Source: an uncultured Clostridium sp. (GTDB taxonomy: Bacteria > Bacillota > Clostridia > Lachnospirales > Lachnospiraceae). Taken from it: 64,000 bases of DNA. The first letter of the stretch is position 1. Each line of letters opens with the position of its first letter. Location: NCBI GenBank assembly GCA_945917985.1, contig CAMEIH010000001.1, positions 43,984-107,983 on the forward strand. Reading direction: 5' to 3'. Position numbers and translations under genes: made by a program. The notes below the pieces were generated by a model, which worked only from the letters and a program-made list of their open reading frames with translations, searched no databases and was not told the origin of the DNA. Below are positions 29,937-39,755 of the stretch, one piece after another.

Positions 29937-31220
29937 TTAGATTGCTTCCAAAGCCTGGGCAAGATCTGCGATCAGATCCTCCTTATCCTCAAGTCCGCAG
30001 GAAATTCGGATCAGACCGGCGGGAACGCCTGCTTCTATGAGCTGCTCCTCTGTCATCTGTCTGTGCGTTGAGGTTGCCGGATTCAGGCAGCAGGTTCTGG
30101 CATCTGCCACATGGGTTTCAATGGCAGCCAGCTTCAGATTCTTCATAAAGCTTTCTGCTGCACTCCTGCCCCCTTTCAGTTCAAATGAGACCACGCCGCA
30201 GCCGCCATTTGGCAGATATTTCTTTGCAATCTCATAATATTTGTTGCCGGGAAGACCGGGATAATTCACATAGGCTACCTTGTCATTCTTTTCAAGGAAC
30301 TCTGCCACAGCCTGTCCGTTCTCCACATGACGAGGCATTCTCACATGCAGAGATTCCAGTCCGAGATTCAGGATATAGGCGCTCTGGGGAGACTGCACAC
30401 AGCCAAGGTCTCGCATCAGCTGGGAGGTACATTTGGTGATAAAAGCTCCCTCTTTTCCAAACTTTTCTGCGTAGGTAACACCGTGATAGGATTCATCCGG
30501 TGTGCAAAGCCCGGGGAATTTGTCCGCATGAGCCATCCAGTCAAATTTACCGGAATCCACGATTGCTCCGCCCACGGCAGCGCCGTGGCCGTCCATGTAC
30601 TTGGTGGTGGAGTGTGTCACGATATCCGCGCCCCATTCAATGGGTCTGCAATTGACCGGTGTGGGGAATGTATTGTCTACAATGAGAGGTACTCCGTGAT
30701 CATGAGCTGCTATTGCAAACTTCTCAATATCAAGAACCGTAAGTGCCGGATTGGCAATGGTCTCTCCAAAAACGGCTCTCGTATTGTCCCTGAAAGCAGC
30801 GTCAAGCTCCTCCTCGCTGCAGTCGGGAGAGACAAAGGTTGCCGTGATGCCCATCTTGGCCATGGTAACAGAGATCAGATTAAAGGTTCCTCCGTAAATA
30901 GAAGAGGATGCCACAATATGACTGCCCGCCTCACAGATGTTGAAGAGTGCGAAGAAATTGGCTGCCTGTCCCGAGGAAGTCAGCATGGCAGCAGTTCCTC
31001 CTTCCAGTTCGGCAATCTTAGCCGCCACATAATCGTTGGTCGGATTCTGCAATCTGGAATAAAAATATCCGTCTGCTTCCAGATCAAATAATTTCCCCAT
31101 ATCCTCACTGGTGGCATACTTAAACGTTGTTGACTGGATAATGGGAATCTGGCGGGGTTCTCCGTTGCTGGGTGTATAGCCTGCCTGCACACATTTGGTA
31201 TTCATTCTGTAGTCGCTCAT
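29937..31220 (-). CDS. metY: O-acetylhomoserine aminocarboxypropyltransferase / cysteine synthase
   Basis: YSRLQNPT, SSGQAA, VDNTF, HSTTKY, PATSTHRQ. Confidence 0.88.
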   Translation of the reverse strand: MSDYRMNTKCVQAGYTPSNGEPRQIPIIQSTTFKYATSEDMGKLFDLEADGYFYSRLQNPTNDYVAAKIAELEGGTAAMLTSSGQAANFFALFNICEAGSHIVASSSIYGGTFNLISVTMAKMGITATFVSPDCSEEELDAAFRDNTRAVFGETIANPALTVLDIEKFAIAAHDHGVPLIVDNTFPTPVNCRPIEWGADIVTHSTTKYMDGHGAAVGGAIVDSGKFDWMAHADKFPGLCTPDESYHGVTYAEKFGKEGAFITKCTSQLMRDLGCVQSPQSAYILNLGLESLHVRMPRHVENGQAVAEFLEKNDKVAYVNYPGLPGNKYYEIAKKYLPNGGCGVVSFELKGGRSAAESFMKNLKLAAIETHVADARTCCLNPATSTHRQMTEEQLIEAGVPAGLIRISCGLEDKEDLIADLAQALEAI

Positions 31221-31347
31221 TTGGCACCTCTCCTGTTGCTTATTTTTTTATCCTTTTCATTATAATCTTTCTTTTTCCGATGCGCAACCGAAACGGCTCT
31301 TAACTCTGCATCTTTGAAAGACCTGAATTTCTCTATATTTTTCCTTA

Positions 31348-31759
31348 TCACTTATGATGCAAAATTTCATAAACTTTGTTGATGTCATAATCGGGGGCAG
31401 CATTTATCACTGCCGTATATATCGGAAGAAGTACATCTTTATCTTCTTCCAGTTCCGTTGCTATCGTATCCAGAGATTTTCCCTTACTGACCTTTCTGCA
31501 TACCAATTCTATCATATTTTGTTCTTTTCCCAATTCTTTTCCCTGTTCCATTCCACGCTCATATATCCCATCACTCAAATTGCACATCCGTCCTACTCCT
31601 TCCCTGATTTCTCCGGTGGTCTTTATCCCATAATCCTTCTCTAAACTCTGTAATTTTTCTGATGGATTCAGTTTCTCTGAAAAAATCGTACCCAAAAAGC
31701 CGTGTAGCTTTCATATCAGCAGTATCAATCGCATTTGCCAGATAGTTTTTTGTCTTCAT
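31348..31759 (-). pseudogene. Rpn-family remnant with internal deletion; C-terminal module intact
   Basis: Start MKTKNYLANAID (31759) runs out of frame into the C-terminal part ...MCNLSDGIYERGMEQGKELG; nuclease core absent. Confidence 0.7.
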
Positions 31760-31873
31760 TCGTTCCCCACTTTCCCTGTATTTTACAGTAATCCTTCGCA
31801 ATAACAGAGAAAGTGAAATACTATTTTTAGTATAAAATGAAAATCAGCTTTTTACAATAAAATTTCCCTGTCA

Positions 31874-31989
31874 TTACTGCATTTTTGATACGTTGAATGT
31901 CCCGGCGATATGCCGTCTCGAATGCCAAAAGCATTTGATATTCAAACATGCTTACGGGAATAGACTATTCCCGATAAGCTAACTGTAAC
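31874..31989. repeat. Structured palindromic element, copy 3 (left end degenerate)
   Basis: Right end AGCTAACTGTAAC; stems TTGAATGTC/GATATTCAA, CGGC/GCCG, AATGC/GCATT, CGGGAATA/TATTCCCG. Confidence 0.55.
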
Positions 31990-32028
31990 ACAGTATGCGC
32001 AGGGAAACAAATTAAAAATTTATTAATC

Positions 32029-32523
32029 TTACTGGCGATGAAGCAGTTTCTTTTTATATACTCTGATTTTTGCCGCATATTTACTGGTCATCAAAACGCC
32101 TACGATCATCATTCCGAATGTGATGCCGAGGCACATTCCTCCAAGGAAATTATCTGAACGATCAGTAAACAGCAGTATCATATAAGTGACTGCTGCCACA
32201 AATCCGCCAATAAACAACAAGTGCATCCGTTTGGTAAGTTTGATTTTGTCCTCGTTACTATACTCGGCAACCTTTAAAACTGTTTCTTCCAATTCCTTAT
32301 CCATTTTCTCGTTCTTCCTTTCTCCATCCAATAATTCCCGAAGCTCAACGTCATAATAATCTGCCATCTCAATGAGAATATCCAAATCCGGCAAATTGCT
32401 TCCATTCTCCCACCGCGAAACACTTCTGTTAGTTACACTAAGCATTTCTGCAAGCTGCTCCTGGGTAATACCTTTTTCTTTCCTGCATTCTCTTAAAAAC
32501 TGTCCAATTTTCTGCTGATCCAT
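32029..32523 (-). CDS. XRE-family HTH regulator with C-terminal TM helices
   Basis: TQEQLAE...SVSRWENG..LPD. Confidence 0.9.
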   Translation of the reverse strand: MDQQKIGQFLRECRKEKGITQEQLAEMLSVTNRSVSRWENGSNLPDLDILIEMADYYDVELRELLDGERKNEKMDKELEETVLKVAEYSNEDKIKLTKRMHLLFIGGFVAAVTYMILLFTDRSDNFLGGMCLGITFGMMIVGVLMTSKYAAKIRVYKKKLLHRQ

Positions 32524-32613
32524 TTTTCGTAATCCTCCTTTCTGGAAAAAGTGTAGTCGATTATTCACCAAAAGGACACGACACAAAACGAGAATATGAG
32601 AAAAATACAGCTT

Positions 32614-33075
32614 CTAATGTTTTTTTCCTGTCAGATCAACACATTCAATTTTAAATACCAGGGTTCTGTCCAGCAAAGTCGGGACAAAAGTAAAATCGTC
32701 ACCTCTTCCGTAATGCATCAAGATATATTTTAATCCATCAAACTTTTCATTGCCTTCAAGGAATTCCACTGTGCCATGCCCCATCACACTCTCATAAAGC
32801 ATGGAACAGGAACCCTTTGACGCATCATAGGTAAGCTCATGAGCAAGATCGATCTCAAATCCAATCTTTGGATTTTCCCTGAGCAATTCAATTTTTCGTC
32901 CTTCACAGGCACTGTGAAAATAGAGAGTGACTGTTCCATTTTCAAGTTGATATCCATAATTTAGCGGAACAATATACGGATACTCATCGTTCATAGCGAT
33001 TCTGCATATCTCACCCTTTTCAATAACAGCTGTAATCTGTTCAAAATCTGTGATCTCTCTGTCTTTTCTTCTCAT
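32614..33075 (-). CDS. Pyridoxamine 5'-phosphate oxidase-like (NimA-like) flavin-binding protein
   Basis: MRRKDREI, PYIVPLNYG, LYFH...GRK, YESV.G. Confidence 0.85.
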   Translation of the reverse strand: MRRKDREITDFEQITAVIEKGEICRIAMNDEYPYIVPLNYGYQLENGTVTLYFHSACEGRKIELLRENPKIGFEIDLAHELTYDASKGSCSMLYESVMGHGTVEFLEGNEKFDGLKYILMHYGRGDDFTFVPTLLDRTLVFKIECVDLTGKKH

Positions 33076-33152
33076 AATTTCTTATAGTCCTCCGTTTTCA
33101 GACTGTAAAGGAAGCAGGATATGTCCATTTTCCAGCTTCAGCAAATGCATGA

Positions 33153-33827
33153 TTAATTTCTATTTTTATCTCTTCTCTTTTCCCGAAGCTTTTCCCGTTC
33201 CTTTTTAGCGGATGAATCAAGTGCGACACCCACCGCAAGTCCGATACAAAGTCCCATGGCGGTGCCAATTCCGACACTGCTAAAGGAGGAACCAAGTGCA
33301 GTGCCGATACTGAGTCCAAAGAGCATATAGATTGCCATCCAGCTTGTCAACGGTGATTCCAAAACAAATCGTGGACCCTCTTTTCCTTCTCCGTCAGGAA
33401 TAAAACCGCACTTTTCAAGGATACGCTGGGATGCTTTGTTACCCGGATCGGTTTCAGCCTCAACAAATACTACACCTTCGTTTCCAAATGCCCACTGTAC
33501 CATTCCCTGAACAGCTTCTGTCGTATAGCCTTTTCCTTCATATTCTGGCAAAATACCATAACCGATCTCTACCGCATTCTCACGGGCCGGTCCCTTGAAG
33601 CCCAGATCTCCGATATAGGTAGGATCACTTTTCAGTGACATTTGCCATGGAGCATACCAGATTCTGTTTTCCGGATCAGCTTTACACCCGTCTAACATTT
33701 CTCCATAAGCTTTTTTCATTTCTTCCGAATCCGATGTTTCGATCAGCTTTTCAATCTCCTCATCTGTCATCGGCTGAATGATCATTCTCTTAGTTTTGAT
33801 CATTGGTTCTTTCTTCTTCATAGTCAC
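33153..33827 (-). CDS. GNAT acetyltransferase (RimJ/RimL type) with C-terminal TM hairpin
   Basis: EIGY...YEGKGYTTEA, N.ASQRILEKCGF. Confidence 0.85.
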   Translation of the reverse strand: MTMKKKEPMIKTKRMIIQPMTDEEIEKLIETSDSEEMKKAYGEMLDGCKADPENRIWYAPWQMSLKSDPTYIGDLGFKGPARENAVEIGYGILPEYEGKGYTTEAVQGMVQWAFGNEGVVFVEAETDPGNKASQRILEKCGFIPDGEGKEGPRFVLESPLTSWMAIYMLFGLSIGTALGSSFSSVGIGTAMGLCIGLAVGVALDSSAKKEREKLREKRRDKNRN

Positions 33828-33881
33828 AATGCTTCCTTTCTCTTTTCCCTGAAGCAGCTTAGCCGTTTCAACAGGGAATCA

Positions 33882-34688
33882 CTATTGATTTGAGGCATAC
33901 AAAGGATTGGCCTCTCTGACTGACCCGGCATACGTTTTACACAGTTCATCAAATGCACTCCTGACTTCTGACGGTATCTCTACGTGGGCAATAAAATCTC
34001 TGCCCTTTGGTCCATAGCCGTTTTCATCATCTGATAATCTGGGGATTTCACCCATGAGAAGACTGATATACCTGTCGATATCCCACATTCCCCAAATTGC
34101 ATTCTCATATGCCAGCGCAGAATGATCTGCAATCACCTTAGCCGAATAAACAGCATAGTTGACGATTTTAACCTCACTGTCCACATACTTTCTTAAGCCC
34201 GCTTCCATACGATGTTGCATAGTTGCGTCCTGAGAAATGATTATGCTGTTAAAAGAGAGTCCCTGCTCTTTTAGCAGCTCTAATAGATAGGTAATGTTAT
34301 TCCCGCAATTGGTGGATTTGCATTCCAGGAGATCAGGCACGAGTCCGTATTGATGTTTTAAGTATTTGGCAAACACCTCTGCTTCCGGCAAGCCTTCCGT
34401 TTCCATATCAGGAAATTCCTCATGCATTTTCAGCCGCAACGTTTCTGTTGTATGTCCTGCTCCGCCTACAATCACATATTTTTTCGCGATATGATTCTTC
34501 ATCGCCTGTGCCAGGACATCCCCGCCGCACATGATGCTTCCGCCAAAAAGCACCATAACATCAGCCTGTGATATCCCGTACTTTTTCAAAAGCTGCTCCT
34601 GTGTCAGTTCAGCAACATCTCTTTTACCGCAAAAATCTCCCAATGTATTAATATATTTTGCAATACTCTCTATCTCTTTCATGATCAT
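33882..34688 (-). CDS. YdcF/DUF218 family protein
   Basis: GGAGHTT, STNCGNN, QDATMQHR. Confidence 0.8.
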   Translation of the reverse strand: MIMKEIESIAKYINTLGDFCGKRDVAELTQEQLLKKYGISQADVMVLFGGSIMCGGDVLAQAMKNHIAKKYVIVGGAGHTTETLRLKMHEEFPDMETEGLPEAEVFAKYLKHQYGLVPDLLECKSTNCGNNITYLLELLKEQGLSFNSIIISQDATMQHRMEAGLRKYVDSEVKIVNYAVYSAKVIADHSALAYENAIWGMWDIDRYISLLMGEIPRLSDDENGYGPKGRDFIAHVEIPSEVRSAFDELCKTYAGSVREANPLYASNQ

Positions 34689-34706
34689 GATTCTCCCTCA
34701 TACTGC

Positions 34707-35507
34707 TTACTTCTTAATCTCTCCCACCAGATAATCCCGCAACCTCTCTAAATCCTCCTCCGGAAGCAGGCATTCCTCATTTTCAAACCAGATTTTCATT
34801 GCCCTCTGCGGAAGATATTTTAAGTCCGCCGGGACATTCTCTATCATCCACAGACCGCCATCATACTTTGAGAGGATTTTTTTCGTCCTTTTAAACGAAA
34901 GTATTCTTCCAAGAATCAGCACATTGCTGGCAAAGTATCTGGGCGCATAATCATGAAAATCATAATCATCAATATCCGCGCTTATGGCCGCAAAGAAATC
35001 TTCGTCTGTCACATCCGCAAAGACCTCCTGTATTGCCTTTCCGCAGAGCACAATGCCGCTTTGCTTGATCAGTTTAATATAGCTGGTCACATCCGCATCG
35101 GGAAATTCATGATCTGCAACATATACTTCCGTTTCAGGATTATCAAACCGTTCCACATACTTCTCTGTCCAAAAGTCACTGTAATGGAACACACAGTTTC
35201 CCGGCGATTTCCAGTTTTTTGCATCCTGAAGCTTTATCGCCGACATTTCAAGCGGACACGGCTTCCTGTCGATTGCTATGATATCCTTTGCTATTTCCAG
35301 CTTTTTTGAAACCTCAAGAGAATCTTTCACAACCACTAAAATATCAATATCACCCGACTTTGGGCTAAACGCATCAAGGGCAATGGAACCATGGAGGTAT
35401 ACTCCTGTCAGATCATCTCCCAAATGCTTTTTCCATACGCCTACAACCTTCTCAATCTGTTCTTTTATTTCAATCGGTAAATCCTTGTATCCAAGTAATG
35501 GATTCAT
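34707..35507 (-). CDS. Nucleotidyltransferase, AadA/ANT-like (DUF4111 C-terminus)
   Basis: GVYLHGS...GDIDILVV; PLEMS; LSK..GG.W. Confidence 0.8.
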   Translation of the reverse strand: MNPLLGYKDLPIEIKEQIEKVVGVWKKHLGDDLTGVYLHGSIALDAFSPKSGDIDILVVVKDSLEVSKKLEIAKDIIAIDRKPCPLEMSAIKLQDAKNWKSPGNCVFHYSDFWTEKYVERFDNPETEVYVADHEFPDADVTSYIKLIKQSGIVLCGKAIQEVFADVTDEDFFAAISADIDDYDFHDYAPRYFASNVLILGRILSFKRTKKILSKYDGGLWMIENVPADLKYLPQRAMKIWFENEECLLPEEDLERLRDYLVGEIKK

Positions 35508-35553
35508 CGCTTTCCCTCCTTATTCTGCTTCCTTATCAATATCCACTCGCAAA

Positions 35554-36732
35554 TCAGAAATATTCTCCCACATATATCTTCTTCTCCATAAACACTCTCC
35601 GAAGCATTTCCTCATTCCCATTGATTTCCACATCAGGTCGCAGCATTGCCTCGTCAAGATTGATACAACCCACTGCCATCTGCGAAAGTGCCCGGTGCGA
35701 AACCACAAAATCAGGCCTCTTAATATCATTCACCAGGTTTACTGATTCGGCGGTCACATGAAAAACTCCGTTGTTTTCCGGGATGAGATCATCACTTATC
35801 TTTATAGTAAAATCACAGTCTGCAGGCTTTTTTATGATTTCAAGCAGCTTTTTAGCATTGATCACCCTGACCATAAAGTCAAAACGGCAGGTTTTATGAA
35901 TCTCATAGGCTCTCGGCGTTCTGATCAACCTCAAAAGATCAATTCCATAGGGAAGCTTAAGTTCTATGTTTCCGTAATCTGCGTCAAATCTGCCAAGAAA
36001 TGCAAGAATCGCATAAAAGCCATCGCGACTTAACCATGCACACTCCTCAACATGCAGTATGGCTGCCGGATCATGTCTGATATCCGTAAAAATGAGATAC
36101 GCAATGTTCTCCCCGTTTTTGCTGAAAAGATAGGAGAATTTTCTTTCCTGATAAAGCTTTTCGACCTTCATGTGCTCCATCATGGTTTTCTCATCACGGA
36201 TCATGGCAAAATTATAGTTTGCGGCAAATTTCTGATATATTTTCAAGTATTCATCAACCGGCTCTCCCGGATTCCATCTTGTAACCTTTCCGTCAAACTT
36301 GTATCCGGTAAGGAGTGCCGGCTTCAGCTCATAATTATTTTGGAACGTCACAACCTCATAACCCTGCTTTCGATAGAATGCATGGTTGAAAGGAAAGAGT
36401 GCCGAGATCACCTCTCCGCTCCGGTAGCTTTCCGGCAAAAGTTCCCTGAAGATTTCTCTGATTGCTCCCTCTTCCCTGTATTCCGGCAGTGTCGATACGG
36501 CTCCTATTCCGCCTGCAGATACCGGCTGCCCATCCAGATAAAATTGAAATTTGTTGTTGATTATCCTTGCAGCAAGCGTTCCGTCATCTGTAAAGGCGCC
36601 CCAGTCTTCCACCGTTTCGCCTTCAATACGCTGCCTCTCGCTCTCCACATCATCAATTCTGTTATGAAAACAATACGCAGAGATCAGATAAGCATCAAAT
36701 CTCTCACTGCCATTAATTTTTCTTACTTTCAT
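35554..36732 (-). CDS. Eis-family GNAT acetyltransferase
   Basis: GIGAVSTLPEYR, LFPF...FYRK.GY, FMVRVIN, SCP2-like tail. Confidence 0.85.
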   Translation of the reverse strand: MKVRKINGSERFDAYLISAYCFHNRIDDVESERQRIEGETVEDWGAFTDDGTLAARIINNKFQFYLDGQPVSAGGIGAVSTLPEYREEGAIREIFRELLPESYRSGEVISALFPFNHAFYRKQGYEVVTFQNNYELKPALLTGYKFDGKVTRWNPGEPVDEYLKIYQKFAANYNFAMIRDEKTMMEHMKVEKLYQERKFSYLFSKNGENIAYLIFTDIRHDPAAILHVEECAWLSRDGFYAILAFLGRFDADYGNIELKLPYGIDLLRLIRTPRAYEIHKTCRFDFMVRVINAKKLLEIIKKPADCDFTIKISDDLIPENNGVFHVTAESVNLVNDIKRPDFVVSHRALSQMAVGCINLDEAMLRPDVEINGNEEMLRRVFMEKKIYVGEYF

Positions 36733-36770
36733 CGTAACTCCTCCTGTGTCTCATAATCACTCTTGTCACC

Positions 36771-37532
36771 TTAGTGTGTCCTTCTATCCGATGCAACCTC
36801 ATAAGCAACATATTCATGATCAAATTCATAACCGAATTTTTCCGCCAGATGAACCGAATTCCTATTTTGAGCATCCCAGCTTGGATATAATCCTTCGTTC
36901 AGGCAATTCAGTATCAGTGCCGCACAAACTATCGTTGCCAAATGCTTTCTTCTTTCCGATTTTACTGTATCAACTTCAATTTCTATCCCTTCATGATATC
37001 GGGTATAGGAAGATGCACCTGCAACAATCTCGCCGTTCTTTGTAATGACCATTCCTCTTCCGATTTGCAGGTACTTTTCTTTACTTCCAAATGCAGAAAC
37101 AAAATCTACAGTCACCGGATTCTCCAGGCATTTGTCATAAATAGCTGAATCAATCTTTTTCAGTTCATATCCATCGGGAAGCTTAGCAATCTCTTTCTGC
37201 AATTGATCTATGTCAAACTTTGTATCCTTTTTTATTGCATACCTGGTAACTCTTTTTGCATCCGGGAAGCATTCTTCGATCAATGTCGCCCACTGCTCAT
37301 TTTGTGGCACCATTATTACAAAGCCTTCCGGTTTATTGATTACCAGCTCCCTGTCAGGTGCTCCCGCCAAAAATCCAAAGCAACCGACAAATGCCAACGC
37401 TGATTTGGGATTTTCCAAATCTGTAACGAAAATTTTTCCCATAACCTTCTGAAGACAGGAATAGATTAATGTTTCTTCCCATCCGTCAAACAGACTTTTT
37501 ACTTTTGAAGTATCATTCAATTCGTATATCAT
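36771..37532 (-). CDS. GNAT acetyltransferase
   Basis: IEIEVDT...RRKHLA, YPSWDA.N..S.HLAEKFGY. Confidence 0.85.
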   Translation of the reverse strand: MIYELNDTSKVKSLFDGWEETLIYSCLQKVMGKIFVTDLENPKSALAFVGCFGFLAGAPDRELVINKPEGFVIMVPQNEQWATLIEECFPDAKRVTRYAIKKDTKFDIDQLQKEIAKLPDGYELKKIDSAIYDKCLENPVTVDFVSAFGSKEKYLQIGRGMVITKNGEIVAGASSYTRYHEGIEIEVDTVKSERRKHLATIVCAALILNCLNEGLYPSWDAQNRNSVHLAEKFGYEFDHEYVAYEVASDRRTH

Positions 37533-37573
37533 TACTTAACCTCTTTCTATTTTGCCCGTTAAATAGAAATCTT

Positions 37574-38281
37574 TCACAAAAATGCAGGTTCCTCAAATAC
37601 CAATCCATTTTCCAAAAGATGCTCGATAAATGACTTATAATATTCGGGTAACATTTCCTCTGTCTCATCATGGGCATGGAGCAGAAGAATGTGCCTGTTG
37701 TTCTCGGCAAACAGAACCGCCCCTGATTCAGGATTTGTATCATGCATTTTTTTCCACACAGATTCCTTTGTAAACTCTGAACCTTGACGGATCTTGTATT
37801 CTTCAAAATCAAATGTCCAGAAAGTATCTATATCTGTATCTAAGCTGTTTTCTCTCCACCAGGGATATGTAATATGGGTATCATCAACCTTTTGAAATCC
37901 CTTCTCCTTCAGATACTTCTGTAAAGCATTTTTGTTGTCTCCTCCTTTATTTCCATAAGGGAATCGAAAAGGCCTAAATACTCGCTCCACACCACTATCC
38001 TTATATAATCTTTCGAGGACAATCTCACATTTCTCGATCTCTTCCATGCACTCTTTCATCGAAAGGGAGGAAAAAGCCGGATGTGAATAACTGTGATTTC
38101 CCACAATCATCCCATTTTTTACAGCATATAGCGCTTCCTCATAATAACGCTCAACATTCTGCCCTGTTGCAAATAAAATTGCCTTTATTCTCTTTTCGTT
38201 TAAATAGTCCACAATCGCAGGTGTATTTTTTGATGCTATATCATCAATGGTTAATAGTGCGCTATTCATCTGTTTCTCCAA
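37574..38281 (-). CDS. Polysaccharide deacetylase family protein
   Basis: LTIDD, GNHSYSH, FRFPYG, LLLH. Confidence 0.85.
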   Translation of the reverse strand: MEKQMNSALLTIDDIASKNTPAIVDYLNEKRIKAILFATGQNVERYYEEALYAVKNGMIVGNHSYSHPAFSSLSMKECMEEIEKCEIVLERLYKDSGVERVFRPFRFPYGNKGGDNKNALQKYLKEKGFQKVDDTHITYPWWRENSLDTDIDTFWTFDFEEYKIRQGSEFTKESVWKKMHDTNPESGAVLFAENNRHILLLHAHDETEEMLPEYYKSFIEHLLENGLVFEEPAFL

Positions 38282-38284
38282 TCT

Positions 38285-39424
38285 CTACCGTTCCTTATCC
38301 TCCGGGCATGTCAGCTTTTCAATTCTTTCCATGATTTCATCCCATGTGGGTTGCTTCCTTAGTTCCTCTTTCATTTTCCTTACATTATTTTTCATGCTTT
38401 CACTATGATACACTTCAAGCACAGTCTCATATAACTCTTTTCCCCTACTGGGGAAAGAGCGAACTTTCTTTCCCAACCCAAGCCTCACAATCTGCTCTGC
38501 ATTAGTAAGCTGGTCATTCAAAAAAGGCATTGCAACCATAGGAACACTGGATTGAAGAGCCTCGTTCACACTGTTCATCCCGCAATGTGTCAAAAAAACA
38601 TCGGCATGTTCCAATACTTCAATTTGCGGTACAAATGAATATGCGTAAATATTTTCAGGAATCCTTCCCAATGTCTCCGGCTTGATTTTTCCTGTATTTA
38701 AAATAACAGAAACATCTTTTTCTCCAAAAGCTCTGATACATTCCTTGCAGAATCCCCGATTGCTGATGATACTTCCAAGAGATATATACACAATGGGGTG
38801 TGACATTTTATGATAGGGAATATCCGACTCCTTTCCGTAAATTTCCTGTTTAGGTGTAAAGAAGAGGTAACTGTCATCAAAGCTTTCTCGCTTATTCTGG
38901 AATTTTTCAGGGACATAAACAAGGTTCAAATCCGGTTTGTCGTACACAACCGCCTCATCCAATGTTTTATGCTCAAGTCCCATTCCCGCAGCTTTCTTTT
39001 TTCCCATCACCTGCAAATCAATCAGTCTTGCTGATATCCGGAAAAATGCCGAGGCATCTTCCCTTGTTTCCTCTGACCACGCAGGTTGCGAGAACTGTCT
39101 TACACAAGGAATATTCTTTAACTGTGCAATTTGTATTCCGGGATAAAAAAACATTTCATAGATGAGCAGATCAAATGGCTCATTAAGCGACATAGCCGTG
39201 TCAAATGCCGCCTGAAAACAAGATCTCTTTTTCTCCATTTCACTCGGATGGACAGGATAATTTATGTATGATATGAATGTTGCCCCCGTGTTTTCGATTT
39301 TGTTCCGAAATTCCTCTGCATTAACATATTGCACTGTATGTCCTCTCTTAACAAGCTCCCGGGTGAGCGGTAAGGTCGGATTTACATGGCCCGAATAGGG
39401 CAAATTAATCATCAAAATATTCAT
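38285..39424 (-). CDS. GT1 glycosyltransferase, macrolide (MGT) family-like
   Basis: GHVNPTL, VYISLGS, VPQ.EVL..ADVFLTHCGMNS, DQ; start at ATG 39424 after GGGAG. Confidence 0.85.
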   Translation of the reverse strand: MNILMINLPYSGHVNPTLPLTRELVKRGHTVQYVNAEEFRNKIENTGATFISYINYPVHPSEMEKKRSCFQAAFDTAMSLNEPFDLLIYEMFFYPGIQIAQLKNIPCVRQFSQPAWSEETREDASAFFRISARLIDLQVMGKKKAAGMGLEHKTLDEAVVYDKPDLNLVYVPEKFQNKRESFDDSYLFFTPKQEIYGKESDIPYHKMSHPIVYISLGSIISNRGFCKECIRAFGEKDVSVILNTGKIKPETLGRIPENIYAYSFVPQIEVLEHADVFLTHCGMNSVNEALQSSVPMVAMPFLNDQLTNAEQIVRLGLGKKVRSFPSRGKELYETVLEVYHSESMKNNVRKMKEELRKQPTWDEIMERIEKLTCPEDKER

Positions 39425-39456
39425 AGGTATGCTCCCAAAAATCAAATTTGCTGATG

Positions 39457-39755
39457 TTATTTCAATGTCCAATATCCGTCATAGGCATATCCCGTTTTTC
39501 CAATCAAAAAATGTTCCGATTTAGTGAAACCCACTTTCTGAATTGCTTTCATTCTTTCTACCGCATATATCGGAGCCTTAGTAAGTACACCTTTACATCC
39601 TAACATTTTCTCTATTTCCGGTGTGACAAGTGAAAAAATGCCATACAATTCATTTTCCTGTTCATAATCACTTCTCACATCTACTCTTAAAATACCCATA
39701 TTATTAAATTTATCTTCGGATACTCGCAGGCACAATTCAACCGTTCCAATTCGTT
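39457..39755 (-). pseudogene. 3' fragment of a GNAT-like gene
   Basis: No own start or RBS; IGTVELCLR...GILRVDVRSDYE...KVGF; abuts truncated yhcG-like gene. Confidence 0.6.

Noticed and set aside
31221-31345. SAM riboswitch or T-box upstream of metY
   Set aside because: Region is short and shows no S-box or T-box consensus.
31874-31989. tRNA
   Set aside because: Multi-hairpin, but no TTCRA T-loop, D-loop GG or proper acceptor stem.
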